Source: a virus
Lineage: Duplodnaviria; Heunggongvirae; Uroviricota; Caudoviricetes
Strand: one strand, 5' to 3'
IMG/VR virus record: IMGVR_UViG_3300000553_000006
Span: 64,001 to 128,000 of that record
Length of the DNA stretch: 64,000 nt
The notes under the pieces were generated by a model. It worked only from the letters and a program-made list of their open reading frames with translations, made no database searches and was not told the origin of the DNA. A program made the position numbers and the translations under genes. Of the stretch, positions 25,676 through 35,589 are shown one piece after another. Within the stretch, counting starts at the first letter, position 1; each line of letters opens with the position of its first letter.

Positions 25676-25688
25676 AGCAATGTGCTTC

Positions 25689-26069
25689 TTAATTAATAGT
25701 AGTGTTACCTGAACGTTCCACCATCGCAGTGATTAAGTCCATGAGCTGAGCCTTGTCCGAAGTAGCTGGAGCGGCGTCAGCCTCCGAAGGAGGAAGCAGC
25801 TTCCTTTTGTAGACGCCCATATATTTGTTGTAGTAAGAAAGTGTTTGTTCATTCAGATCACTGAAGTGCACAATATGTTCTCTACCAATATCGACATAGT
25901 CTGAAGCTGACAAAGAGTTATATTTCACAAAATATAGAATGTACTGTTCGTCTTGAAGACCGTAACGAGCTTCAAAAACATCACGTATACGGAAAGCATC
26001 ATTTCCAAGTGACTCTACTTCGCCTACAATTTCTTCACGAGTGGTGAGCTTAATTACTTTTACTGTCAT
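25689..26069 (-). CDS. Hypothetical protein downstream of uvsW
   Basis: VKVIKLTTREEIVGEV N-terminus (beta-rich, possibly Sm-like). Confidence 0.75.
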   Translation of the reverse strand: MTVKVIKLTTREEIVGEVESLGNDAFRIRDVFEARYGLQDEQYILYFVKYNSLSASDYVDIGREHIVHFSDLNEQTLSYYNKYMGVYKRKLLPPSEADAAPATSDKAQLMDLITAMVERSGNTTIN

Positions 26070-27508
26070 TTGAGATTCACCTTATAAATTTTGTATTCAA
26101 AACCTTCAGTAGAATAGATCTTGATTCTTTCTTTGAAATGGTTGAGAGTATAGTTCACATTGCTCTTGTGACTTAGATTGTCAGCAATGTCGAACAGAGT
26201 TGCTCCAATCTTGTCATCAGCTTTACGTAGAATGCGACCGATTGATTGAAGAATACGAACAATAGATTTGCTTGGAGAAGCAAAGATCAGATTGTGAAGA
26301 CGCTTGATGTTGATACCAGTAGAGAAGGTTCCGTAAGAAGCAATGATGATTGCGTTATCTTCTTTCTCAACAATAGAACGTATCTCATCACGTTCTTCAC
26401 CGTCGACTCCACCGTGCACATAATATACTGGACGATCAGTTTCTTTTTTGATCATCTCGAACAGCTTATCACCGTGCTTCTCAACGTATTGATAAAGCAC
26501 CAGAGTGTTACCACCATCAAGCGATAGAACCAAATTCTTGATAAACTTGTTGCGCTTCTCATTGCGCACTAGAAAATCCATTTCCTCTTGATATGTATAC
26601 TTCTTTGCAGCGTCACAATCTTCTGGTGAGTGATTGAGAACTAGAGCCTTGATCAACAGTTGTGAAACGTGTCCTTGTTCCATTAACTCAGAAGTTGTTG
26701 TTACTTTGCGTACCTTACCAAACAGACCTTCAAGAACCAGCTTGTTTGTAAGAGAACCATCAAGAGTGCCTGTAAGACCGAAGCGATATGAACAATCGGT
26801 AAGCTTGGTCATGATTGATACTAGAGAAGTAGCCTTGAACAAGTGTGCTTCGTCACCAAACACAACCTTGAACTGTTGAAAGAATTCCTTTGGCATCTTG
26901 TAGATTGACTGCCAAGTAGAAATTGTTACTCTTGCATTACTGTTCTTTTCAGAACCGCTTGTAATAGTATGGATCTCACCCTTGTATCCATAGTCTCTGA
27001 AGTCAGAAGCCATTTGGTGTACAAGAGAAACGGTAGGAACAATGATCAGAGTCTTTTCAGCATACGCTCTTGTAAGCATGTAAATGATAAGAGACTTACC
27101 TGAAGATGTTGGAGAAAGCAGAACAGCTCTTTTCTTGCGCATGGCGTAGATGAAAGCTTCTATTTGATATTCTCTTGGAACGTGTGGAAGATTGAGAGAT
27201 TCAATAAACTCTTCAGCTTCCTTGAGTGAGAACTCTTCATCACCTGATTCGTATTCATACTCTACTTCGTATTCTCTTGAAGCAGCAAATTCTTCAATGG
27301 CTGGAACAAGACCAGCATAGATCTCACGAGTAAGCATGTTAAATAGACGGATCTTACCGTCCCATACTTTTGCTCGTACCTTTGGATGGAACTTCGCGTT
27401 CGGTACTGTGAAAGTAAACTCATCAGAAAGTTCTTGCGCAGTGGATGGACTGCAGAAAATCTTTACTACAACCTCATTCACTTTCTTGATGAGTATTCTA
27501 TCAGTCAT
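26066..27508 (-). CDS. uvsW: SF2 helicase UvsW
   Basis: PREYQ, SPTSSGKS, GDEAH, GLTGT, STGINI, QSIGRILR; start at MTDRIL. Confidence 0.96.
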   Translation of the reverse strand: MTDRILIKKVNEVVVKIFCSPSTAQELSDEFTFTVPNAKFHPKVRAKVWDGKIRLFNMLTREIYAGLVPAIEEFAASREYEVEYEYESGDEEFSLKEAEEFIESLNLPHVPREYQIEAFIYAMRKKRAVLLSPTSSGKSLIIYMLTRAYAEKTLIIVPTVSLVHQMASDFRDYGYKGEIHTITSGSEKNSNARVTISTWQSIYKMPKEFFQQFKVVFGDEAHLFKATSLVSIMTKLTDCSYRFGLTGTLDGSLTNKLVLEGLFGKVRKVTTTSELMEQGHVSQLLIKALVLNHSPEDCDAAKKYTYQEEMDFLVRNEKRNKFIKNLVLSLDGGNTLVLYQYVEKHGDKLFEMIKKETDRPVYYVHGGVDGEERDEIRSIVEKEDNAIIIASYGTFSTGINIKRLHNLIFASPSKSIVRILQSIGRILRKADDKIGATLFDIADNLSHKSNVNYTLNHFKERIKIYSTEGFEYKIYKVNLK

Positions 27509-27945
27509 TATGCACCAACTTTGAACTGTTCCCACTTGACAGCATTCGTAATGTTGAAGTTACGACTGCCGATGGTTTTGATTATTGAATCGAGAAGTTC
27601 GATCTTTTCTTGCTGATAAGCAATGCGTAAATTAAGGTCAACCATCTCTTGGTCAGCCTCAATATACATTTCTGTGTCTCCACGGATGATTCTTTTAGGA
27701 TTTGGGGACCAACCCCGCTCTTTGAGCGTTTCTTCGTCTAAGACTCCGGTAAAGTATTCAAACTTAAGAAGTTTTAATTGCTTTTTCTTCTCATTTAGTT
27801 TTCTGAGCACCAAACGTTCGTTGGTGAAGATCTTAAAGTATTTGTTATGAAGCTTGGAAGTTTTCAGAGCTTCGTTGCCAAGTTCCGTTCTATCGATTTC
27901 AGAGTCAACGTCCCAAAGCTCAAAGATTTCATCAACTGTCATCAC
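27508..27945 (-). CDS. uvsY: Recombination mediator UvsY
   Basis: WDVDSEID...LHNKY...YIEAD...RNFNITNAVKWEQF. Confidence 0.9.
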   Translation of the reverse strand: MMTVDEIFELWDVDSEIDRTELGNEALKTSKLHNKYFKIFTNERLVLRKLNEKKKQLKLLKFEYFTGVLDEETLKERGWSPNPKRIIRGDTEMYIEADQEMVDLNLRIAYQQEKIELLDSIIKTIGSRNFNITNAVKWEQFKVGA

Positions 27946-27971
27946 GACCCCACAAAATTATCAATTGTTTT

Positions 27972-28000
27972 AATATAAGTCTTTCACCCATTAAAGTCAA
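27972..28000 (-). promoter_or_regulatory. Sigma70-type promoter for uvsY
   Basis: TTGACT-17 nt-TATATT; shares TTGACTTTAAT with the promoter at 3561-3589. Confidence 0.7.
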
Positions 28001-28006
28001 GTAGTT

Positions 28007-28531
28007 TTACAACTTAGTTCTTGTAAACTCACGGTATTTGAGAACAACGGTGGCGGTGATGTAGTCAATGTCAGTGTTCTTTGAGTCGAACTCAAGCATG
28101 CTCAAAGCTGATGGAATTACGTCGATGAAATTAATCAGAATGTTTGGATTCATTGAACTGTTAAGAATAGTAAGTGTAGCATCTCTCATGATACCTTTAC
28201 CAGTAGTTGGTCCCTGAGAAGCAATAGCATCATACTGACCATAGTTGTTAGGAAAACCAAGACCAGTCATCCAGTCAAAGATGTCAAAGTAACTGTTAAG
28301 GTCTTCATCAATCTTGAACTCAACAATTAGATCACCAAAAGTAACGTGATCGCCAGCAGTGATCAAACGATTAAACGGTGTTTGAATTACATTTGTGTTG
28401 TTAAGATTGTATGGTGGAAATTTTACAGACTGAACAAAGTAATTGAATGTGTGTAGATTTGGAATCTCAAACTTAAACCCAGTAGGTGAAAGGAAATTCT
28501 TGTTTGATGGTTGGTCAACAATAGCGTTCAT
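28007..28531 (-). CDS. 3: Tail tube terminator / sheath stabiliser (gp3-like)
   Basis: NFLSPTGFKF, F(K)IDEDL..Y..I.DW, DATLTILNS, P.ALS.LEFD; CATAAATA at 28551-28558. Confidence 0.85.
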   Translation of the reverse strand: MNAIVDQPSNKNFLSPTGFKFEIPNLHTFNYFVQSVKFPPYNLNNTNVIQTPFNRLITAGDHVTFGDLIVEFKIDEDLNSYFDIFDWMTGLGFPNNYGQYDAIASQGPTTGKGIMRDATLTILNSSMNPNILINFIDVIPSALSMLEFDSKNTDIDYITATVVLKYREFTRTKL

Positions 28532-28563
28532 CGGTCACTCCATTTTCATATATTTATGTGCAC

Positions 28564-28592
28564 AAAAAAGGGGAGCAACAAGTGCTCCCCTT
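28564..28592 (-). terminator. Rho-independent terminator after gp23
   Basis: AAGGGGAGCA-CTTGT-TGCTCCCCTT followed by a T tract. Confidence 0.85.
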
Positions 28593-28618
28593 AGTTCGTC
28601 CGGTTGACCCGGCTTCTA

Positions 28619-29977
28619 TTATAGAAGGTTCTTGATTAGTGAACGACGGTAGAACACGTTCTTGTTTTGAACAAGAGTTCCGTCGGAGTAAGCAGCACCT
28701 TGTGAGAATGGATTTGCTACAACGCCGTAACGTGTCTTAAATCCAATCTTTGGTTGGAAGGTATCTTGACCAACTGCACGAACCATTTGTAGTGGTACGT
28801 ATGGGCAGTAGAATAGACCAGCGTCGAACGCTGAAGATCCCTTATAACCGATAACCGCATAGTTACCACCAGCGTATGGGTCTACGTAGACTCGGATACG
28901 TCCGTTTAGAACACCAGCGAAGGTATTACCTGTGTCATCAACTTGTAGGTTGTTGCTGTTTAGAGCAGGAGTGTAGTCTAGAACACCAGCCATTTGAAGA
29001 GCAGAAGCCACGTCTGAAGAACAGATCATGAAGTTACCCTTACCACGACGGGTTTGCTTAGCGATCGCATTTGATTCGCGTTCTAGTTGGTACATTAGAC
29101 CCTTGAACTTTTCAACTGACCAACGACCGTTTGAGTCGATGTCAAGGTCGAAGGTTCCTGATACTGAAGTTTCAACAGAACCTGGAACAGCTGTTAGCAC
29201 AACAGTACGGATGATTTCACGGTTGATGTCAGCCATGATTTCAGCTTGTAGAATTGTTGCTAGTTCTGTTTCAGCGTCAAGACCGTGGATAGCCTTTAGG
29301 TCTTGAGCTAGTTCGATTGAGTATTCAGCCTTTAGAGCACGGCTTTGAGCAGTTACTGATACGCGCTCAATGGTGATTGCCATTTGTGCGAAGTCAGTGT
29401 TGCCGGTTGAACCTAGAGCTTCAGCTTGGGCTGTTGACATACCACCAGCAAAGTTGTATGTTTGTGAGTTACCAGAAACAACAACAGTGTTAGATAGACC
29501 GTAAACACCACCAAGGTCAGAGTTAGCGTCACCAACTACTTGAGTGTTACCAGCGCGGATAGTTGACCATCCGGTGTTGGCTTCGTAGTAGAAGGCTGTG
29601 TTAGCACCAGTTGGGTCAGTGCTTGAGTTGTATTGTGCGCCGTATTGTGGACGTAGGGCGAAGATAAGACCAGTTGGACCAGTCATTGGCTGAACGCCGC
29701 AGAAGTCATAAGCTACGAGGTTAGGCATAGCACGACGGATTAGAGAGATAAGCACTGGGTCGTAGTTCAAAGAACCACCAGTTACGTTAACTGGAGCAGC
29801 GCCTGAAGTTTCTAGAAGTGAAGTAGGAGCAAACGCACCTGACTCAGCAAGAGCATGCTCGGTGTTTTCTAGAAGTTGAGCAGTCACTGAACGACGGTGA
29901 GAGTCTCTGAAAGAAGGCGCATCTGGGTGGTCGAGAACAGGTGCCCACTTCTTTTGAATTGCTTCATTAATATACAT
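28619..29977 (-). CDS. 23: Major capsid protein (gp23)
   Basis: GVQPMTGPTGLIFALR, SRALKAEYSIELAQDLKAIHGLDAE, FYCPYVPL, FKTRYG. Confidence 0.98.
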   Translation of the reverse strand: MYINEAIQKKWAPVLDHPDAPSFRDSHRRSVTAQLLENTEHALAESGAFAPTSLLETSGAAPVNVTGGSLNYDPVLISLIRRAMPNLVAYDFCGVQPMTGPTGLIFALRPQYGAQYNSSTDPTGANTAFYYEANTGWSTIRAGNTQVVGDANSDLGGVYGLSNTVVVSGNSQTYNFAGGMSTAQAEALGSTGNTDFAQMAITIERVSVTAQSRALKAEYSIELAQDLKAIHGLDAETELATILQAEIMADINREIIRTVVLTAVPGSVETSVSGTFDLDIDSNGRWSVEKFKGLMYQLERESNAIAKQTRRGKGNFMICSSDVASALQMAGVLDYTPALNSNNLQVDDTGNTFAGVLNGRIRVYVDPYAGGNYAVIGYKGSSAFDAGLFYCPYVPLQMVRAVGQDTFQPKIGFKTRYGVVANPFSQGAAYSDGTLVQNKNVFYRRSLIKNLL

Positions 29978-30014
29978 ATTTTTCTCCTTGTATACTTTCC
30001 CTATGGGTTATTAT

Positions 30015-30022
30015 TATTTATA
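30015..30022 (-). promoter_or_regulatory. Late promoter TATAAATA (gp23)
   Basis: Exact consensus. Similar cores at 31121-31128 (gp22), 33952-33959, 36166-36173 (gp19), 38420-38427 (gp18), 44540-44546 (gp13) and 52681-52688 (fibre). Confidence 0.8.
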
Positions 30023-30026
30023 AAAT

Positions 30027-31094
30027 TTACTTCTTTGACAATCTTGAGAGACTGTCAACATAATGTGACATAACACCTGTGGGCTTCACGTCATCGCCGC
30101 CATCGTTGTCATAATCTACGCTTTCTGTCAAGCTTTCAGCACCTGATGTCTTCTTATCAGTTGGGAAATAAGTTTCCTTGATGATACCAAGCTTCTTGGT
30201 GAATTCTTCAACAGAGTTATATTCTAGACCTTCAGATAGTGTACGTAGCTTTTCTACTTGAGTAAGAGCTAGACTTTCAGACAGTTCAGCAAACTTAGCA
30301 GCTACTGTTGCTTCAGTTACTTCTTGACTTAGGTTAATGCTACGTTCAATTTCTTCGTTTAGTTGAGCTTCAAGCTCTTCTACTCTGTTGGTTAGTTGTT
30401 CGATTACATCTACCTTTGACTCAGGAATGTCAATGTAGTGGTCTTCGAATAGTCCCTTAAGACCAGTGATGAAGTCTTCAACAACTTCAGTCTTAAGTGA
30501 TGATTCAATGGCTAGACGATTTTCCTTAACCCATTCCTCTACGGCATAGGAAAGATACTTGTCAACTGATTCTACTAGCTCAGCGCGAATAGTTTCAATT
30601 GTTTCTTCTAGGAACAATTCGTTTTCTTCTTCAATACGTACAAGTTCTGTTGAAAGCTTTGCGTTAACTGCTGCTTCAAAAACAACAGTAGCCTTTTCTT
30701 TGATTTCTTCAGATAGTTCGTCGCCAGTAAAGATTTCGTCGATGTCTTCCTTGGCAGTTAACTTAACTGATGTTGGAGAACGATAAGTGTGACCAATGAC
30801 TTCACCGTTTTCTTGGTCGCGAGGACGCTTAGACTTTGAGTGATCATGGCCAGCAGTCATACCCTTGAAGATGTCATTGATCTTTTCTTTTGGTAGACCT
30901 GAAAGGTGTTGAACAACAGCGTTAATACCTTCAATCTTAGTAGCGAAATCTGGGATTGCAATTTCACCATTATGCTTGTCGGCTGGGCGTGAACTATCCT
31001 TAGCGATTGGATCGGCTGTTTCGCCTTGTCCGTCAGACGCCTTGAATTCGTCAAGTTGTTCACTGCTTTCTTTAATAATCTTTCTTGGCATCAT
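30027..31094 (-). CDS. 22: Prohead core scaffold (gp22)
   Basis: KATVVFEAAV, VDKYLSYAVEEW..EN..AIE, FITGLKGLFEDHYID, IKETYF. Confidence 0.93.
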   Translation of the reverse strand: MMPRKIIKESSEQLDEFKASDGQGETADPIAKDSSRPADKHNGEIAIPDFATKIEGINAVVQHLSGLPKEKINDIFKGMTAGHDHSKSKRPRDQENGEVIGHTYRSPTSVKLTAKEDIDEIFTGDELSEEIKEKATVVFEAAVNAKLSTELVRIEEENELFLEETIETIRAELVESVDKYLSYAVEEWVKENRLAIESSLKTEVVEDFITGLKGLFEDHYIDIPESKVDVIEQLTNRVEELEAQLNEEIERSINLSQEVTEATVAAKFAELSESLALTQVEKLRTLSEGLEYNSVEEFTKKLGIIKETYFPTDKKTSGAESLTESVDYDNDGGDDVKPTGVMSHYVDSLSRLSKK

Positions 31095-31133
31095 TTTCTC
31101 CTTGAGAACTATCTTATTTCTATTTATAATTTG

Positions 31134-31799
31134 TTACTTTTTGGCCAATGAATTCAAGAAGCTTTCGAACATCTTGAACTTTCTAGATTCAATTTCTTCT
31201 ACAGTCATCTTCTTCATTTCGTTCTTTGTATCTTCAAGAGCTTCTTGAACTCTCCAAGTACCTTCAGCAATATCATACCACCAAGTTGCTCCTTCCATGA
31301 TACCCTTTACGAAAGCATCAGGAGCGGAAGGATCAGCCACAATATCAGCAGCGGTGGCAAGCATGAAGTCATCTTGTACTTCCATGATACCATCTTTACT
31401 TGTCTTTAGTGAACCAACACCACGTGAAGAAACTCCAAGATTAGCTCCTTCGTCGATTAGGTTCTGAGCGATCTTACCCATTGGTGTGTCAAGAACAACA
31501 GCCTTACCAATGTAGTTTGTTCCTTCTTTACGTAGTCCCTTAATCATGTGTGACACGCGGTCAAGATTAATTGAAGGACCTGGTGGGTGATTCAATTCAC
31601 CGTATGCTCTGTTCTGTTCAATTAATGACTTTGTATAGCGTGCTACTTCACGGTCCATAACATGTTCTGGATACATGCGACCGTTACGATTCTTGATGGC
31701 GCTTTGTAGAAACACACCTTCGATGTAATAACGCTTACCTTTTTCAGTGTTTTCCTTGAGGATTTGAATATCCTCAACCTTTTCGCAGATCAACAACAT
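31134..31799 (-). CDS. 21: Prohead protease (gp21)
   Basis: NRNGRMYP, GELNHP, VSHMI, GVSSRG, DIVADPSAPDAFV. Confidence 0.97.
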   Translation of the reverse strand: MLLICEKVEDIQILKENTEKGKRYYIEGVFLQSAIKNRNGRMYPEHVMDREVARYTKSLIEQNRAYGELNHPPGPSINLDRVSHMIKGLRKEGTNYIGKAVVLDTPMGKIAQNLIDEGANLGVSSRGVGSLKTSKDGIMEVQDDFMLATAADIVADPSAPDAFVKGIMEGATWWYDIAEGTWRVQEALEDTKNEMKKMTVEEIESRKFKMFESFLNSLAKK

Positions 31800-32158
31800 T
31801 AGTATTGTCCTCCAACAGCGCCGTTTGCGTATGTTTCCTTGTTTACTTGAAGCAACATAGTAGCTGTAGCACTGGCAGTGTTACATACTATGTTAGCTGA
31901 GTTCCATTCACGAAGAGCAACACCGCTGGCAGCTAGATCCCAATGTCCATTGTAGTCACCGTTAGTAGAGAATACTACGTTAGCGCCACGATAGATTGTC
32001 CAAGGACCAGTCCAGAAGATCTGAGTAATAGACATAGCTGAAGCATTACCTTCAAGCGTATTATTTGATACAAGGTCTGAAAGTTGAATAGTCGTGTTGG
32101 CATTCATACGAAACCAAGCGTGACCATTAATTCTATTTTGAATTGGTGGATATGCCAT
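31799..32158 (-). CDS. Probable virion structural protein next to gp21
   Basis: 119 aa ORF coupled to gp21 within the head operon. Confidence 0.65.
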   Translation of the reverse strand: MAYPPIQNRINGHAWFRMNANTTIQLSDLVSNNTLEGNASAMSITQIFWTGPWTIYRGANVVFSTNGDYNGHWDLAASGVALREWNSANIVCNTASATATMLLQVNKETYANGAVGGQY

Positions 32159-32160
32159 TA

Positions 32161-33759
32161 TTACTTACCTTTTCCCATCTGATCTTTAACGTCGGCTCGG
32201 ATTGCACCCTTAGCTTCGTCTTGTTCAGTTGTATTTATCCCACTCGTTTCTTTCTTTGGTCCACCGAATTGCTTATCAATTTTACCAAGAACTTTCTTTA
32301 GCATTTCTTTATGATAGTCAGTTGGTTGACCGTGACCAGCAGGAGCGATTGGAGTAGGACGGTATCCATAAACTCCGTAACGACCTTCAGTTACCTTTTG
32401 GCGAGCGCGCATCAGAGCAGCTAGACCACTACCTTTTTCTACTTGCTTGACAGCAATTGACTTACCCTTGGTTCCTTCGTCTTTAGTATACTTTGGAATA
32501 CCGCGCTTGGTAGCTTCAAGAACTGTTTCTTCTGACTTCATAGATGGTTGTCCGCCCTTGAATGCAGATGGCTTAGCATCTGTTTCGTCGTCTTGCTTGT
32601 CATCCTTGTCATCATCTTCATCTTCGTCGTCATCTGAATTTGCTGCAGCATCATAAATTTCTTGTATATCATTTAGAGCAGCATCGATCTTAGAAGTTTG
32701 ATCTGGATCAAGTTCCTTCTTAGCAGCAAGAAGTTCGTACAGTTGAGCAGAAGTAAGAGCAAGTTGTTCTAGTTGCTTACGATATGATGGCATGTTTGTG
32801 TCATCATCATCATCATTATCTTCTTCTTTGTTTGGATTGTTGTCATTCTTATCTTGTTGAGAATCAGTAGCAGGACTTTGTCCACCACCTTCACCTGGAT
32901 TATCTGATGTTGCTGAGTCGCTTGCTTCAGAAAGTTCTTCTTCATCAAGTTCTGTTTCTTCGTTCTTAGCACCATAGAATGCACCAAGAGCCATCTTGAT
33001 GCGTTCTTTCTTAGACTTACCCTTGAACTTTGGATTGTCTGATTTTACGAAATCCTTTACGTACTTACCAGCACCCATAGATGGAGTAAGCTTTTCAGTA
33101 AGATCTTCTTCTTCAACTTCTTCACGCATAGCACCGTTGTCAGCGTGATAGTCCTTGTGGAATTGATCAACATAATCACTGAAGTCCTTAGCACCAAGGT
33201 GCTTCTTTACAGCCTTGTTGATGTGATGAATAGCATCCATTGGATGAATACCCATACCACGAAGGTGATGAGTAATTGCTTCGTATCCATCAGTATCTGG
33301 ATAGTGATTAGCTACTTCAGTATTTACGTGGTGGGCGATTTGGTAGAGCTTACGATCTTCCGCTTTCTTGTTATCTTCCTTTGCTGAAGCAGCTTGAACC
33401 TTTGCAGCCGCCTTTGCTTGAGCGCGTTGAGCGGCTTGCTTTGCTTTGTTTTCTGCTGCGATTCTCTTGGCGTTGTATTCTTGAAGTTCTTCAGTATCTT
33501 CGTATACGTATTCATCTTCACCGCCTTCTGTATCAAGATGCGCCTTTACTGTAGTATCAGTCTTGATCTTAGGTGGATTGTCAAATACTTCACCACCACC
33601 CTTAACTCCGGTTGCAGCGTTAGGTTGGTTGTTGCGAATCTTGTCGATCTTCTTTACAACGTGCTTGTGGAAGAAACGCTTCTCATCACCAGCCTTTGGT
33701 TCTGTATATTTTGGATTAGGAACAGTACCTTTTGCAACTGAAGTTTGCTTATTTTCCAT
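32161..33759 (-). CDS. Large prohead core / internal protein (gp68 position)
   Basis: Start at MENKQ after GAGGA; alternating acidic and basic blocks; DFVKSDNPKFKGKSKKERIKMALGAFYGAK block; several L/V-x-E sites. Confidence 0.7.
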   Translation of the reverse strand: MENKQTSVAKGTVPNPKYTEPKAGDEKRFFHKHVVKKIDKIRNNQPNAATGVKGGGEVFDNPPKIKTDTTVKAHLDTEGGEDEYVYEDTEELQEYNAKRIAAENKAKQAAQRAQAKAAAKVQAASAKEDNKKAEDRKLYQIAHHVNTEVANHYPDTDGYEAITHHLRGMGIHPMDAIHHINKAVKKHLGAKDFSDYVDQFHKDYHADNGAMREEVEEEDLTEKLTPSMGAGKYVKDFVKSDNPKFKGKSKKERIKMALGAFYGAKNEETELDEEELSEASDSATSDNPGEGGGQSPATDSQQDKNDNNPNKEEDNDDDDDTNMPSYRKQLEQLALTSAQLYELLAAKKELDPDQTSKIDAALNDIQEIYDAAANSDDDEDEDDDKDDKQDDETDAKPSAFKGGQPSMKSEETVLEATKRGIPKYTKDEGTKGKSIAVKQVEKGSGLAALMRARQKVTEGRYGVYGYRPTPIAPAGHGQPTDYHKEMLKKVLGKIDKQFGGPKKETSGINTTEQDEAKGAIRADVKDQMGKGK

Positions 33760-33760
33760 C

Positions 33761-33937
33761 TTATTCCTCTGTTTCTTCTTCTGAGTCACCGTTAAAGAAA
33801 TTTTGTGCTACGACAATCTTTTCTACTTCTAATGCATCAGCTGCTTTACTTGAAAGGATGTCATCAATAGCATCCTTAAGTCCAACTTTGTCATCAGCAA
33901 CGATGAAATTTACAACGTCATCAACTGTATAGGGCAT
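33761..33937 (-). CDS. Small acidic prohead core protein (gp67-like)
   Basis: MPYTVDDVVNFI...ALEVEKIVVAQNFF...EEETEE; GGAG Shine-Dalgarno; directly after the portal gene. Confidence 0.75.
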   Translation of the reverse strand: MPYTVDDVVNFIVADDKVGLKDAIDDILSSKAADALEVEKIVVAQNFFNGDSEEETEE

Positions 33938-33961
33938 AGTAATTCTCCAATTATTTATCTT

Positions 33962-35557
33962 TTATTTAGCTGCAGGACCTGGTGGTGGCATTGATGGCGC
34001 AGTAACTGGAGCTGGAGGAGGTGCTCCTGGAGCTCCCATTGGTGCAGCACCTGGACCTTGATTCATTTGATCTTGAGTCATACCAGGTGTATTTGGTGGT
34101 GGCTCAGAAGCAATTTCCTTGTCCATTTGCTCAATGTCTTCATCAGTCATACGTAGAACGTTCTTACGAACCCACTCTACTGAGTAATACTTACCAACGA
34201 AAGGATCGATCATACCAAGTGTTGTTATACGCTCGCGAAGGATTTCTGCATCCTTCATTTCAGCGAAGTAGTTGTCACGACGGAAGTCGAAGTGAATAGT
34301 ATCCTTGATAGTTTCCCAGTCCTCAGAGGTCATTACACCTTTGAGAATAAGTTGTTGTTCCAGAGCCTTCATGAATAGCTCTGAGAACTTCAGTCTTAGA
34401 CGGAAGATAAACTTTTGGAACTTGAGCTCGTCTCGAGTAATTTCAGAAGCTCGTCCAAGGTTGAATCCAGACTCCGATTCCATACGCGAAACTGGAACGT
34501 TAAGCGACTTGTAAAGTTTCTTTTCAAAGTAATGTACATCTGCTAGTTCTCCCAAATTTTGTCCAGATGGGAGAGTAGTGATTTCTGTTCCCTTACCTTC
34601 CCCTCGACGCGGTAGCCAATAGTCTTCAAGCATCGTCATGAACTTTCGGTCATCACGAATGTCGCCAGTCGTCGCGTCATATACTAGTCGATTCTTATGG
34701 CGAGTCATCATGTCTCGGACATGTTGCTCAGCCTTCATTTTTGGGAGGTTACCTACGTCAATGTAGAAAATTCTACGTTCAGGCGCACGACTGATACGGT
34801 AGATTACCGTAGCGTCTTCCAGAATACGTAGTTGGTTGAGAGGTTTAATAGCTTTGTGCAGGTAGCCAAGAACAATCTTATTGTCTTTATCAACAATACC
34901 TGAGGTTAAGTGAATGATCGAGTCTTTGGCAATTTGCAGTCCCTGGTTATCCATGTTTGTAGAAGAAGATCCTTTGAATCCTCTTTCATTGAACATATAG
35001 AATTCATTTTCAGTTACGTTTGAGTATACACCGTTCTTACGAACACGCTTAACTGTGCGGACCTTACGAATCTTACGTGGGTCGATGTAACGAAGTTCTT
35101 GAATACCTGCTCTTGGATTTTGAGTATCAATCATCACATGATAATACATACGTCCGTCAATATACCAACGACGGAAGATTTCATATCCATGCGTGTTTAC
35201 TTCAAGGAGCTTTGAGATTACATCCCATTCGTCCTTGATCTTATCTTTAATATTGTCTTTGAGAGGAACGTCGTCAAGGTTTAATTCAATAACCTTGTCA
35301 TTATCTTCTTTAACGATTGCTTCGTTTACGATATCATCAATTGCTGATTCACATTCTGGCTGAATTGACATTTCGCGATACTTCGCAACAATTTCAGCTT
35401 CTGTTTTAGCAGAACCTTCTAGGTCCAAGTATGTACCGAAGGTACCTCCAGCGGATACAACTAGAGCGCCGTCATCGGCTTCTTTTGCTGTAAAGGTTTG
35501 AACGCTGGAGGTATCTTCTTCAACTCGGTTAATTTCAAAACCAAATAGTCTAGCCAT
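33962..35557 (-). CDS. 20: Portal protein (gp20)
   Basis: FRRWYIDGR, YLHKAIKPLNQLR, YRISRAPERRIFYIDVGNLPK, LEDYWLPRR. Confidence 0.98.
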   Translation of the reverse strand: MARLFGFEINRVEEDTSSVQTFTAKEADDGALVVSAGGTFGTYLDLEGSAKTEAEIVAKYREMSIQPECESAIDDIVNEAIVKEDNDKVIELNLDDVPLKDNIKDKIKDEWDVISKLLEVNTHGYEIFRRWYIDGRMYYHVMIDTQNPRAGIQELRYIDPRKIRKVRTVKRVRKNGVYSNVTENEFYMFNERGFKGSSSTNMDNQGLQIAKDSIIHLTSGIVDKDNKIVLGYLHKAIKPLNQLRILEDATVIYRISRAPERRIFYIDVGNLPKMKAEQHVRDMMTRHKNRLVYDATTGDIRDDRKFMTMLEDYWLPRRGEGKGTEITTLPSGQNLGELADVHYFEKKLYKSLNVPVSRMESESGFNLGRASEITRDELKFQKFIFRLRLKFSELFMKALEQQLILKGVMTSEDWETIKDTIHFDFRRDNYFAEMKDAEILRERITTLGMIDPFVGKYYSVEWVRKNVLRMTDEDIEQMDKEIASEPPPNTPGMTQDQMNQGPGAAPMGAPGAPPPAPVTAPSMPPPGPAAK

Positions 35558-35589
35558 GTTACCTCACTTGAATAATTACGAACTACTTA

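Noticed and set aside
28596-28613. Small hairpin GCCGGGTCAACCGGAC between the gp23 stop and the terminator
   Set aside because: It is short, single-copy and imperfect; no function can be assigned.
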